A DNA stretch of 64,000 bases from a bacterium (GTDB lineage: Bacteria; UBP15; UBA6099; JAJRTR01), in the NCBI GenBank assembly GCA_024278215.1, contig JAJRTR010000135.1:11651-75650 (forward strand). The letters run 5' to 3'. Below the pieces are notes generated by a model. That model had not been told where the DNA came from. It was given only the letters and a program-made list of their open reading frames with translations, and did no database searches. The translations under genes and the position numbers were made by a program. Below, piece by piece: positions 8,525-18,582 of the stretch. Every line of letters begins with the position of its first letter. Positions within the stretch are counted from its first letter, which is position 1.

Positions 8525-11500
8525 TTGAGACGCCCGGCACCTGTCCAACTCGCAATAATCTTTCTGCTTATGCTGTGCATCGCAGTTGTCGGCGCGCGTT
8601 GCGTAAGTTTATTGTGGCCGGGCGCATACGACATTAGCCGCAGCCGGTCGCACATGGTCGATCCGGGCACTATAGAATATTTGAAGTCACTCGATGAGCC
8701 CGTTTTTGTCACTTATGCTGTTTCCGCGCGTTGCGAGATGCCTTCACAGCTCAAGCGTGTCGAAAGAGGTGTCGTCGCAATATTGAAATCACTGCGGGAC
8801 GCCGCGCCCGACAAATTCGACTATATCGTTGTCGATCCTTCCGGCAATAAAAACATGGTCGGTATCGTGGCGTCGAAAAAAATATCTCCTTTCCATTCCG
8901 AGAGCATTCTGGACGACAAGAAAACAGAAAAAGTTGTCTGGTCCTCGATAGTCGTTTCGATGGGAGCCCGTCGCGACGTCGTTCTGCATCGCATAACGGA
9001 AGCATACCTGCCGCATCTCGAGTCGCTGATTGTCGGGCATCTCAAAAACATGAAAACGCCGATAAAGCCCGTGATAGGTGTGGTCACGCCCGAGTCGGGT
9101 TTTGCCTCGCTGCGCGCTGTTCTGGAAAACTCGGGCCGTGTCGAAAACATATCAATCAACAGTGAATCCGGTATACCGGCGGACATCGACATGCTCTACT
9201 GGATGGACCCCGCCGATGTGCGCGACAGGACGATTATGGAACTGAGGCGTTTCGTCGAATCGGGCCGGAATGTCGTTCTCGCGGGTTCCCTCTATAAAAT
9301 CTCCATGATGCGCGGCAGGGACGGCGGCCTGCTGTACAATGTTTCTCTCGAAGACCCTTCAATAAATAAGATTATCAAAAAGTTCGGTCTGGAAATGAAA
9401 AAGAGTATCGTGCTGGACGAAAGAAGTGAAACGATAAATGTTCCCGGTGAAAAAGGCGGTTCGAGGCAGGTGAGCATTCCGTTTGCCATCCGCACGACGC
9501 CTGTCACACACAACCTGAAAAGTTTTGCGGGACCTAACACCGGTGCTCTCGGATTCTATGCTTCGGTTCCGATAAATATGAACGAGAGCAGGCTTCGCGC
9601 ATTCGGATATGAAGCGCAGACAGTCGTGACATCCTCGGAAAACGTATGGACCGTGCCGCTCGACGAAGCGCGTTTTTCGGAGGAACAGTTCGCGCCCACC
9701 ATTATGAAAACCAAGCAGCCGCTCGCCGTCATGCTGAGCAAGCCCGGAGACCCGTTCCACGGCAAACTGCTGGTTCTTTCGTCGTCGTCGATGTTCACGG
9801 ATCAGGGACTTGCCAAACAGGGGTTCGGCCACAGGGCGTTTCTGAGGCTGCTGGGCAGGACATTCCTGTCGGCGCAGGAACTTGTGAAGATGAGAGTCGA
9901 GCGGCGGCTGCCCGATCTGCTGCCCGATATGACGCCTGCCGGAATTATATACTGGCGTGTTTTCGCAATGGTGTTTATCCCGGCGTTTGTGCTGTTGGTC
10001 ATGCTGATAAGGACCGGTCTGCCGCGTGTAAGTTTCGGGCCGTGGCTGAGGATCGCGACCGAAGCGGGCGCTGTCGCGATAATCGCGCTCGTCGTTGCCC
10101 GGCTCATTTCGGGAGCGCTCGGCGCGGCGCGTGTGGATATGACTGCGAACAGGGTCAACAGCATGGCGGAATTCACACGCGAAACGGTCGGGGACCTTGC
10201 CGTGGAAACTACTGCCACGCTCTACACAACACGGCGCGCACTCATGCCGGTCGGGTTGAAAAAGGCGCAGGAGGAGACGATAGTCCTCGCACGCACGCTG
10301 TGCCGGATGAGCGGCGGCAAACTTAAATTCACAATCGTCTATCCCGACGATCTGGAGAAACTCGACCGGGATATCCTTATCAAAAAAGGCATCAAGCCGA
10401 CCGGCATGGAAGTGACGGAATATGACCGCGCCGTAACAAGGAATATATGGAACGATCTCGTGTTCGAAAGCGGCGGGCGCATGTACAGGTTGCCGTTTAT
10501 AAGGGAAAACAGCGCGTCGCAGATCGAATTTATGATCGACACAACTTTAAAAGCCATCGAGCGCGGGAAAGAATTTCACGTGGCCGTGGCGTCGGATCTT
10601 CCGCGCCTGTCGCCCGCCGAGGCGTTCGAGGATTATTATAAAAAACAGCTCACCGCGCCTGTCGGCTCGGACGTTTACAGTGAAGCAAAAGATATGTTGC
10701 GCGCGAACAATTACAGGGTGACGGACGTGAATCCGCGCAAACCGGAAGTACCGCCGGATACGGATGTGCTGATATGGTTGCAACCGCGCCGGCCGGTCGA
10801 GAAGATGGCCGTCGAACTGCTGAACTATCTCGACGGCGGCGGCATGGCGATGATCGCCGCGCAGCATTATAACATCCAGCAGCGACAGTACCGCGGGCGC
10901 GGGTTCCGGACTGTTTACTGGCCGCAGCCGCAGTACATCGACATGAACGACTGGCTCGACCTGATCGGAATAACGATTGAAAAAGAAGTGTTTATGGACG
11001 AAGTGCAGACGCAACTCGAACTCGAGATGCAGATAAACAGGCTCGCTGTGCGCGAATACGAAGACCAGGCTGTCGCGAAACCGTTTCTGATCCGCGCGAT
11101 CAATCCCAACTTCTCGCACGAGTCGCCCATTACCGCGAATCTCGGCGACCTGCTTTTTATCTGGGGCAACAGGTTTACTGTCGACAGGCAGAAACTCGAG
11201 GCGGCGGGGCTTCGCTACAACCCGCTGGTTTCCTCCAGTCCGCATTCGTGGAAATATGACTGGAAAGGTGGTTTTCTCGGCGAAGATGTGTTTAATAAGC
11301 GCGACTACCTCGAGGGCGGGCAATTGCTGAGCCTGCTCGTGAGCGGCGACTTCCCGCATGTGCGTCTCTACAAACCTGAACCGATAACAAACGAAGACGG
11401 CGAGCAGGTAATGCCCTATGCAGGCGCATCGGGCGCGGGGCTGATACAGGTCGACAAAAGAGGTGGCGGCAGCACTTCGCGCGGCGAACTGATTCTCACG

Positions 11501-11779
11501 GGCAGTTCCCAGATGTTCACAAACGCGCACCTGCGCCAGGAGGGGTTCGACCACGCGCAGTTCCTCCTCAACTCCATCGCATACCTCGCGCTCGGCCCCG
11601 GCGCGGCCCGGTTGCAGGCGAAGAACCTCACCCCCGAAGGATTCGAACAGCCGGACGAACGCATTATGCTTCTCATGAGAATCCTGACAATGGGATTTCT
11701 CCCGTTTGTGTTTTTGATTTACGGCGCGGCGCGCTTTACGCTGGAAAGGCGGAAGAAAAACCTGGCTTTCAGGGATTAG
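8525..11779 (+). CDS. Tandem GldG-like (ABC_transp_aux/GIFT) auxiliary membrane protein
   Basis: Two modules of TM + thioredoxin-like region + GIFT-like domain (DMLYWMDP...FVESGRNVV; DVLIWLQP...YLDGGGMAMI), each followed by a TM helix. Confidence 0.75.
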   Translation: MRRPAPVQLAIIFLLMLCIAVVGARCVSLLWPGAYDISRSRSHMVDPGTIEYLKSLDEPVFVTYAVSARCEMPSQLKRVERGVVAILKSLRDAAPDKFDYIVVDPSGNKNMVGIVASKKISPFHSESILDDKKTEKVVWSSIVVSMGARRDVVLHRITEAYLPHLESLIVGHLKNMKTPIKPVIGVVTPESGFASLRAVLENSGRVENISINSESGIPADIDMLYWMDPADVRDRTIMELRRFVESGRNVVLAGSLYKISMMRGRDGGLLYNVSLEDPSINKIIKKFGLEMKKSIVLDERSETINVPGEKGGSRQVSIPFAIRTTPVTHNLKSFAGPNTGALGFYASVPINMNESRLRAFGYEAQTVVTSSENVWTVPLDEARFSEEQFAPTIMKTKQPLAVMLSKPGDPFHGKLLVLSSSSMFTDQGLAKQGFGHRAFLRLLGRTFLSAQELVKMRVERRLPDLLPDMTPAGIIYWRVFAMVFIPAFVLLVMLIRTGLPRVSFGPWLRIATEAGAVAIIALVVARLISGALGAARVDMTANRVNSMAEFTRETVGDLAVETTATLYTTRRALMPVGLKKAQEETIVLARTLCRMSGGKLKFTIVYPDDLEKLDRDILIKKGIKPTGMEVTEYDRAVTRNIWNDLVFESGGRMYRLPFIRENSASQIEFMIDTTLKAIERGKEFHVAVASDLPRLSPAEAFEDYYKKQLTAPVGSDVYSEAKDMLRANNYRVTDVNPRKPEVPPDTDVLIWLQPRRPVEKMAVELLNYLDGGGMAMIAAQHYNIQQRQYRGRGFRTVYWPQPQYIDMNDWLDLIGITIEKEVFMDEVQTQLELEMQINRLAVREYEDQAVAKPFLIRAINPNFSHESPITANLGDLLFIWGNRFTVDRQKLEAAGLRYNPLVSSSPHSWKYDWKGGFLGEDVFNKRDYLEGGQLLSLLVSGDFPHVRLYKPEPITNEDGEQVMPYAGASGAGLIQVDKRGGGSTSRGELILTGSSQMFTNAHLRQEGFDHAQFLLNSIAYLALGPGAARLQAKNLTPEGFEQPDERIMLLMRILTMGFLPFVFLIYGAARFTLERRKKNLAFRD

Positions 11780-11783
11780 ACGA

Positions 11784-12974
11784 ATGACAAGGTCAATCGT
11801 AATATTCGCGCTGATACTCGCGCTGCTGCTGGCGGCGAATAATCTGCTTGTGAAAAAAGACGCCGAAATCAACAGGCGCTACACGAACCTCTACTCACTT
11901 GTGGACAGGGATAAAGTGTCGAAGGATGAAGTGAGGGCGTTGGGTATCGTATTTCCGGGCAGTAAGCTGGAACTACGCTACATGAAAGTGGACGACGCAT
12001 GGCGGATGCCGCAGTACAGGGGGGCTTACGCGCGCGGCGACCTCGTGGATTCCATTGTCAGGGACATCACCGATACCTGGGGCATAAAGATAGACACGCG
12101 AGACAGACCGGCTTCCGACTTCGGTTTTTCATCGGAAAGCATAATGATAAAAATATATGCCACCGCCACAGAGCCGATAGGCGGTATTGTGTGCGGCAGA
12201 GTGGTGCCGGGCTTCCAGAGCACGGACTCCTATGTGAAGATTATCGGCGAGAACGCCATATACCAGATAAACGGCAATCCGCTGGGCAAGCTTGGTTCTC
12301 CGGGCGGGCTACCCCCGCTTGTGGACTCGCAGATCATCCCCGATTCCCTGGGTGCGAAAGGTGAACTGGGAAAAATATTTTTCGAGCCGCACTCTGATAG
12401 TAGTGAAATGCTGTGGATCGAACGGCGCGAAAAACCCGAGTCCGAGATGAAAGAAAGCCCCATGCGCCGCATGATGCCCGATTACAAGGAATACGATTGG
12501 TTCGCGATTCTACCGGACGGCACGGATGTGAAGCTGAACGAACGCAGTGCCGTCGAATATACCGGTTTTGTCAGGCGGCTGTCGTTCGACAGGCTGCCGC
12601 GGATCAGCGAACTCGACGAACACGCCCTGCGGCCTTCGGAAAAAAAGCTTGTCCTGGAATTCGAGCCGCGCGAAAAACCCAAACCCCCACCCGTGAAAGG
12701 TGTGGACCCGACCGGCACCGCCTCACAGGTTGAAAAAGACGTGTCCTCGATGCCGTTTAAGGAATCCATTGAAATAAGAGAATCCGACAGGAACGCGAAC
12801 AGTTATATCTATTACACGGGTACAAACCTTATAGCATCAGTCGATCAGAAAAAGATCAAATTGTTTTTTCCATCTCTGCATACGCTCGAGAGCGCACCGA
12901 AGAAACCTTCGATATACAGTAGTGTGCCGCCCGCGCCGCCCGGCGGCGCACCCGCGCTTTTCTCGCCCCGGTGA
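11784..12974 (+). CDS. DUF4340-like membrane-anchored protein
   Basis: N-terminal TM; W.M....A....V..I, FGF and SYVK...IY motifs; position at the end of a gldAFG-like operon. Confidence 0.65.
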   Translation: MTRSIVIFALILALLLAANNLLVKKDAEINRRYTNLYSLVDRDKVSKDEVRALGIVFPGSKLELRYMKVDDAWRMPQYRGAYARGDLVDSIVRDITDTWGIKIDTRDRPASDFGFSSESIMIKIYATATEPIGGIVCGRVVPGFQSTDSYVKIIGENAIYQINGNPLGKLGSPGGLPPLVDSQIIPDSLGAKGELGKIFFEPHSDSSEMLWIERREKPESEMKESPMRRMMPDYKEYDWFAILPDGTDVKLNERSAVEYTGFVRRLSFDRLPRISELDEHALRPSEKKLVLEFEPREKPKPPPVKGVDPTGTASQVEKDVSSMPFKESIEIRESDRNANSYIYYTGTNLIASVDQKKIKLFFPSLHTLESAPKKPSIYSSVPPAPPGGAPALFSPR

Positions 12975-13052
12975 TGTTTCCATCGCCTGCGGCGACACAG
13001 CGTTTTATTCAGAACCCGTTTCCATGTTGCACATATACGAAAGCATCCCGAA

Positions 13053-13081
13053 TTGCACCGATATGTAACTTCACATAGAAT
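13053..13081 (+). promoter_or_regulatory. Putative sigma70 promoter for the alpha/beta hydrolase gene
   Basis: TTGCAC-N17-TAGAAT. Confidence 0.55.
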
Positions 13082-13097
13082 ATCAAAAACATATTAT

Positions 13098-13271
13098 CCC
13101 GCATATTTCACAAATGCGGGTGAAAAACCGGAAGAATGCCCATAATACAAGGCGCGGCAAGTGAGGGTGAGGAAGCATCCTGCAGGTATGTGACCGATCC
13201 CGAATCGCCGCCGCAACGTAGTAGAATGGGGGGTCTCACGGTTTTCCGGATCTCTTTGTGAGAAATCCGGG
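13098..13271 (+). mobile_element. MITE family B (ERIC-like core), full copy 1
   Basis: Ends CCCGCATATTTCAC / GTGAGAAATCCGGG; 4-bp direct repeat TTAT on both sides; similar to 28220-28394 and 59221-59411. Confidence 0.88.
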
Positions 13272-13297
13272 TTATCCTGGTTGAAGGAGAAACCCGC

Positions 13298-14230
13298 ATG
13301 TTGAGCGCAATAAAAAAGGCTGTCCTCTTTTTCTTTATTGTCGTCGTTTCCTTAATCCTGTTTATTTTAATCTTTCCCCTGGTATACAAACCCGACATGA
13401 TTGATCCCGCCCAACTGGATATCACGGGGAAATTCCTGCAACTGGACGACGGGATAAAAGTTCACTATATGGAACAGGGCAAGGGCGATGTGCTGCTGCT
13501 GATTCACGGCTATACGTCCAATCTCTATTCGTGGAACGAGGTGATGCCGGAGCTTTCGAAAAAATATCGCGTAATAGCGGTCGACCTGCTGGGATACGGT
13601 TTCACGGACAAGCCGAAGGATGCGACATACAACTACCGTTCTTTTTCGGATGTCATCAAGAAATTTCTCGACAAAAAAGGGATAAGAAAACTTTCGATTG
13701 CCGGCAATTCGATGGGTGGCGGCACGGCCATACGTTTCGCGCTCGATCACCCGGCGATGGTGAATAAACTAATACTTGTGGACAGCTCGGGAGTGAAGTT
13801 CGCGCATGACCCGATGCTGCTCATCATGTTCGGAACCCCCGGACTGAACAATTTTATTTTCAGTATCATCAACAAGAGCATCATGAAAAAATCACTGGAG
13901 TTCTGCTGCTACTACAACAACGATGCCGTGACCGACGAACGGGCATACCTGTATACATTTTCTTTCCGAACGAAGGGGTCGTTCAATTCCGTGACAAAAA
14001 CCGTGATGCAGAACGACTTCGACGGGCTGGAGGATAAACTGGGAACCCTGAAAGCGCCGACGCTTATAATATGGGGCGAAAAAGATATGCTGATACCCGC
14101 CACGACAGCGGGCAAGTTCCATCGGCTGATACCGAATTCGAAGCTTACGATTATCGAAAAATGCGGACACATGCCCCAGGAGGAAAAACCGGCGGTGACG
14201 ATAGCGGCGATTGAAGGTTTTCTTAAATAA
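13298..14230 (+). CDS. Membrane-anchored alpha/beta fold hydrolase
   Basis: HG oxyanion motif, DLLGYG, nucleophile GNSMGG, WGEKD, CGHMPQEE. Confidence 0.92.
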   Translation: MLSAIKKAVLFFFIVVVSLILFILIFPLVYKPDMIDPAQLDITGKFLQLDDGIKVHYMEQGKGDVLLLIHGYTSNLYSWNEVMPELSKKYRVIAVDLLGYGFTDKPKDATYNYRSFSDVIKKFLDKKGIRKLSIAGNSMGGGTAIRFALDHPAMVNKLILVDSSGVKFAHDPMLLIMFGTPGLNNFIFSIINKSIMKKSLEFCCYYNNDAVTDERAYLYTFSFRTKGSFNSVTKTVMQNDFDGLEDKLGTLKAPTLIIWGEKDMLIPATTAGKFHRLIPNSKLTIIEKCGHMPQEEKPAVTIAAIEGFLK

Positions 14231-14334
14231 AAATATTCGGGAGCGATCAGGGGCGCTCCGGGTTGTGCCGAAATTGCATTATTATTGATACACGAGCGAG
14301 GGAACGGATATAATTGACAAATGTAAATCAACAT

Positions 14335-14514
14335 GAGTCGATTGAAAAATTATGTTCGAAAGCGAGGTCGAACGAAATTGGTCAGAAGCAAGGCGGAGGT
14401 GCAAAATCCCCGCAGGCGTACTTGTAGAGTACGTCGAGGACGATTTCGCGCCGACAACGCAGCTGTTGACAATTGCAGCTGACCGTAGCCGAATCAGAAT
14501 TTTGCAATTGGCTC
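14335..14514 (+). mobile_element. MITE family A, full copy 3 (180 bp; degenerate left TIR)
   Basis: GAGTCGATTGAAAAATT...AATTTTGCAATTGGCTC; 5-bp direct repeat AACAT on both sides. Confidence 0.88.
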
Positions 14515-14553
14515 AACATGTATATCCATTTTGTTCGGAGCGAAAAAACGGGA

Positions 14554-15762
14554 ATGAAAGAGAAATTCCGGAAGATAATAAATAAGTTCTCGGACTTCAT
14601 ACTCGAAAAGTATGCCGCGATGCGCAGGTCGGACGTGCCGGTTATTGTCGGCATACTGACGGCGATTATTGTAATGGGCGCGTTGGGGATACTGCTGCTC
14701 GAAAGAGGATCGAATCCCGATATTTCCCGTTTTTACCAGTCGCTGTGGTTCATAATCGTTACACTGACGACAGTCGGCTACGGCGACCGCTCGCCGATAA
14801 CGCCGGGCGGCCAGGCGCTCGACATGATACTCATGATGGTAGGCGTGGCCATTATGGGTGTGGTTACGGGCCGCATCGCTTCGTTTCTTGTGGAACAACA
14901 AATGAAAGCCGGACGAGGATTGGTAGGGATGTCAAAGATGGAAAAACATTTTATTATCTGCGGCTGGAAAAAAGACTTGCCCAAGATTCTCGAAGATGTT
15001 ATGAAGGTCAATGTCGGTCTCAAGGCGGAGAATATCGTGCTGATTAACCGGCAGGACCATTCTGTGATCGACGACCTGAAGACCAACCCGGATTTCGCGA
15101 ACATCAAATTTATCGCAGGCGACCACAGCGATGAAAATGTCCTCCAGCGCGCTAATATAAGAAGAGCGAAAACTATACTGATACTCGCCGACACTTCGGG
15201 CAACGCCACTCCTCTCGAGATAGACTCGCGCACGGTCATGGCCGCGCTCACGGCTGAATCTCTAAACAAAAAACTTTACATCTGCGCGGAACTCCTCAAC
15301 TCGAAATTTGAAAGGCATCTCGAACTGGGCAACGTCGACGAAGTCATTCTCAGCCAGGACTACAGCCGCACGCTCATCGCTAACGCATCCAGCGCGTCCG
15401 GTGTGGGTCACGTGATCAACCAACTTATCAGCGTCGATTCGAACACGCCTCTTATCGTCAAGCAATTCCCTGACAAGTATATCGGTAAAACTTATAAGGA
15501 AATGTCGAGATATTTCTGGGATAAAGAGTTGTCGATCGTGATAGGCGTACTCGAGAACACCGGGAATCTGTTCCAGCGCAAGCAGGACGCGCTCAAAGAA
15601 GCGCAGAAAACACCGGACATTTCAAAACTTGTGGACAACCTCAAGAGCGTCAAAGAGATGAAGGCGAACGATCCGGTATTGAATCCACCTGCCGACTATG
15701 AATTGAAGAAGAATTCCATGGCGGTAATGATCGGGAGGCACGCCCGCTATGAAACAAACTAG
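14554..15762 (+). CDS. 2TM potassium channel with RCK (TrkA-N) domain
   Basis: Selectivity filter TTVGYGD; HFIICGW and GD.SDE.VL.RANI RCK motifs; the ORF-track start lies inside the MITE, so ATG 14554 was chosen. Confidence 0.9.
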   Translation: MKEKFRKIINKFSDFILEKYAAMRRSDVPVIVGILTAIIVMGALGILLLERGSNPDISRFYQSLWFIIVTLTTVGYGDRSPITPGGQALDMILMMVGVAIMGVVTGRIASFLVEQQMKAGRGLVGMSKMEKHFIICGWKKDLPKILEDVMKVNVGLKAENIVLINRQDHSVIDDLKTNPDFANIKFIAGDHSDENVLQRANIRRAKTILILADTSGNATPLEIDSRTVMAALTAESLNKKLYICAELLNSKFERHLELGNVDEVILSQDYSRTLIANASSASGVGHVINQLISVDSNTPLIVKQFPDKYIGKTYKEMSRYFWDKELSIVIGVLENTGNLFQRKQDALKEAQKTPDISKLVDNLKSVKEMKANDPVLNPPADYELKKNSMAVMIGRHARYETN

Positions 15763-16273
15763 AGAACAACTCGATGAGATAATCAAAACGCTGAAAGGTG
15801 TTTCGATCTTTAAGACTTTCGCCGAAAAGCCCGAAGAACTCGAGAAGATCGCGAGCATCCTGAAAATGGTCTCCATGAAATCGGGTGAAACCGTCATCAG
15901 GGAAGGTGACGACGGCGATACGCTTTTCATCATGAAGTCGGGCTCTGTAGACATCCTGAAAAACACGCTCCAGGACGAGCAATACACTGTCGTAAATCTT
16001 TCGAGCAGCGAAAATATGATAATCTTTTTCGGAGAGCTTGCGTTGCTCGACAGCGACAAAAGGTCGGCGACTGTCCGGACGACGAAGGACTGCGATTTTC
16101 TGGTGCTGAAAAGGGACGACTTCATTCAACTCGGCGACCAGCACCCGAACCTGTGCCTGCCCATCACACGCGAAATATCAAAAATGCTCGCTTCCCGCCT
16201 CCGCAAAGCAAACCAGGATATCATCACACTTTTCGAGGCGCTCGTTTCCGAACTTTCCGACGAAGACGCGTGA
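15749..16273 (+). CDS. Stand-alone cyclic-nucleotide-binding domain protein
   Basis: GETVIREGDDGD.LFI..SG.V and FFGELALLD...RSATVR; no C-terminal HTH. Confidence 0.9.
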   Translation: MKQTREQLDEIIKTLKGVSIFKTFAEKPEELEKIASILKMVSMKSGETVIREGDDGDTLFIMKSGSVDILKNTLQDEQYTVVNLSSSENMIIFFGELALLDSDKRSATVRTTKDCDFLVLKRDDFIQLGDQHPNLCLPITREISKMLASRLRKANQDIITLFEALVSELSDEDA

Positions 16274-16420
16274 ATCTCCGACTTTATAGTGTCGTGTCAT
16301 GCTTGTAACTGCGCAAGAGGTGTAGGGCGGGATCACCGTACCCAGCCTGACCATATTTCTCGCGATTTTACGGCTTTCTTTGTAAGAAAAACGGGCTAAT
16401 ATCAATTTCGGAGCGGATCA

Positions 16421-18526
16421 ATGGACAAACTTTTCTATCCTGAATCTATCGCTGTAGCGGGTGTTTCGGACAAACCGTCGAACATGGCACGCATGATCAT
16501 GTTCAATCTCGAACAGTGGAAATACAGCGGTAAGATATACGGAATCAACCCGGCCGGCGGAGAAGTGTTCGGCCACAAGATATATCCGAAACTGACGGAT
16601 ATAAAAGGAAAGGTAGACGTGGTCGCGGTGCTCGCGCCCGCGAGAACCGTGCCCGACTTGCTCGATCAGGCCCACGAAAAGGGCGTCGAATATATGGTTA
16701 TCGAGACCGCCGGGTTCTCCGAGTTCAGCGAGGAAGGCGCGAAGCTGGGTGAACTCGTCAAACAGAAAGCGGCCGACTACGGCATAAAGTTTGTCGGCCC
16801 CAACGGACTCGGCACCATGTGCTCGCACAGCGGCGCGGTGCTGCCTTTCTCCTATATCCTGCCGCACGAGCCCGGCTGCGTGTCGATCATGTCGCAGAGC
16901 GGCGGCATCGGCATTTCCATCATCACCGGCCTGCACGAGCACAACCTGGCGACCAGCAAGTTCGTCTCTCTCGGCAATAAATATTCGCTCGACGAGGTCG
17001 ACTTCCTCGAATACTTTATAAATGATAAGGAAACAAAGATCATACTGTGCTATCTCGAAAGCATCAACCGCGGGCGCGAGTTCACGGAAGTCGCCGCTTC
17101 GTCGCAAAAACCTATACTGCTCTGCAAGGCCAGCACGACGGAGGTCGGCGCGCGACAGGCTATCTCGCACACCGCCGCGCTCGTCAATGACGACCACGTG
17201 CTCGACGCCGCAATGAAACAGGCGGGCATCACAAGGGTCGAACGCCTCGATCAGCTCTATCACTTCGCGCGCACCTTCTTGCAGCCGCCGATAAAGAGCA
17301 ACAGGATTTCGCTGGCCACGCCCGCCGGCGGCTTTGCCGTGCTCTCGGCGGACACCTGCGCCAGATACGGTTTCGAGTTTCCCGATCTCGCGCCGGCCAC
17401 CGTCAGAGCGCTCCAGGCGAAGCTCCGCGCGGGTGTCATCAATATCGGCAATCCCATCGATCTGGGCGACGCGCTCGGCACGGACACGCTGCTGCTCGCA
17501 ATGGATAAAACACTCGCGCAGGACGACATAGACGCCTGCATACATGTATCGTCACGGCGGCCCGCTAATCAGTATAAAGGCCCCTTCAAGATCATGATGC
17601 GCAACCCGATCCCCGAGATACCGGCCATAATAAAAAAACATAATAAGCCGGCTGTCGTCGCCTTCATCGGCGCACCGGAACTGGTCCGGGAATACCGTGC
17701 GGATTCCGAGATACCCGTCTACCATTCCGTGGACCTCGCCATAGAGGCGCTCGCAGCCTACCGCGATTTCTGCACACGCCCGAAACCCCAGGCTCCCAGC
17801 CGCCGCCGACCACGCATACCTGCCGCGGCACGCAAAAGGCTCGATGCTCTCGAACCTGGCATCGTCACGGGTGCCGCGGCTTTCCGCGTGCTGCGCGACG
17901 CGAAGATTCCCGTCTGCGAATTCCGGGAAGTCGCAACACCCGAACAGGCCGTCGACGCCGCCGTCCGCCTCGGCTATCCTGTCGCGATGAAAATAGATTC
18001 GCCTCACATCATCCACAAAACCGAGTTCAGGGCGCTCCACCTGAAACTGCGCTCCGACCGCGAAGTACTCTACGCCTACGGCGAACTCGAAAAAGTGCTG
18101 CAAGAGCACAATGTCGAAGGCAAGATACTTGTCCAGGAAATGGCGGGTCCCGGCATGGAAGTTATTATCGGCTCGAAACACGACCCGCAGTTCGGCCCCG
18201 TGCTCATGTTCGGGCTTGGCGGGGTCTTTGTCGAAGTGCTGCACGATGTCGTGTTCCATCTCGCGCCGATCAAGAGATACGAAGCGCTCAACATGATAGA
18301 TTCCATCCACTCCGCGCCGTTGCTCAAAGGCACACGCGGACTACCGCCCGCAGACATAAAAGCACTCGCCGATTCGCTCATCGCCGTAAGCCACCTCATC
18401 GCCGCGCGGCCAGTAATCGCCGAGCTGGACATCAACCCGATGATCGTCAAAGAGAAAGGGCAGGGTTGCGTCGCTGTCGACGCCCGCTTCGTCCTATCCG
18501 AAAAGCGGCCCCGAAAAAAGAAATGA
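16421..18526 (+). CDS. ADP-forming acyl-CoA synthetase (acetate-CoA ligase family), fused alpha/beta
   Basis: P.SIAV.G.S, GPNGLG, SQSGG, SLGNK, SHTAAL phospho-His, NPIDL, C-terminal ATP-grasp (HKTE, FGPVLMFGLGG, ELDINP). Confidence 0.92.
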   Translation: MDKLFYPESIAVAGVSDKPSNMARMIMFNLEQWKYSGKIYGINPAGGEVFGHKIYPKLTDIKGKVDVVAVLAPARTVPDLLDQAHEKGVEYMVIETAGFSEFSEEGAKLGELVKQKAADYGIKFVGPNGLGTMCSHSGAVLPFSYILPHEPGCVSIMSQSGGIGISIITGLHEHNLATSKFVSLGNKYSLDEVDFLEYFINDKETKIILCYLESINRGREFTEVAASSQKPILLCKASTTEVGARQAISHTAALVNDDHVLDAAMKQAGITRVERLDQLYHFARTFLQPPIKSNRISLATPAGGFAVLSADTCARYGFEFPDLAPATVRALQAKLRAGVINIGNPIDLGDALGTDTLLLAMDKTLAQDDIDACIHVSSRRPANQYKGPFKIMMRNPIPEIPAIIKKHNKPAVVAFIGAPELVREYRADSEIPVYHSVDLAIEALAAYRDFCTRPKPQAPSRRRPRIPAAARKRLDALEPGIVTGAAAFRVLRDAKIPVCEFREVATPEQAVDAAVRLGYPVAMKIDSPHIIHKTEFRALHLKLRSDREVLYAYGELEKVLQEHNVEGKILVQEMAGPGMEVIIGSKHDPQFGPVLMFGLGGVFVEVLHDVVFHLAPIKRYEALNMIDSIHSAPLLKGTRGLPPADIKALADSLIAVSHLIAARPVIAELDINPMIVKEKGQGCVAVDARFVLSEKRPRKKK

Positions 18527-18582
18527 TCTTGCGCCACACGCAGAACTGATGTCATGGACGCGCTCGAGCCGGAGGAACACAG

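Noticed and set aside
6788..12974. Evidence for gliding motility or a complete type IX secretion system
   Set aside because: GldAFG-like ABC systems are widespread, and no GldKLMN/PorV-like genes are recognisable in the window.
14473..14553. N-terminal extension of the K+ channel given in the ORF track
   Set aside because: It starts inside the family A MITE; ATG 14554 gives a normal-length protein.
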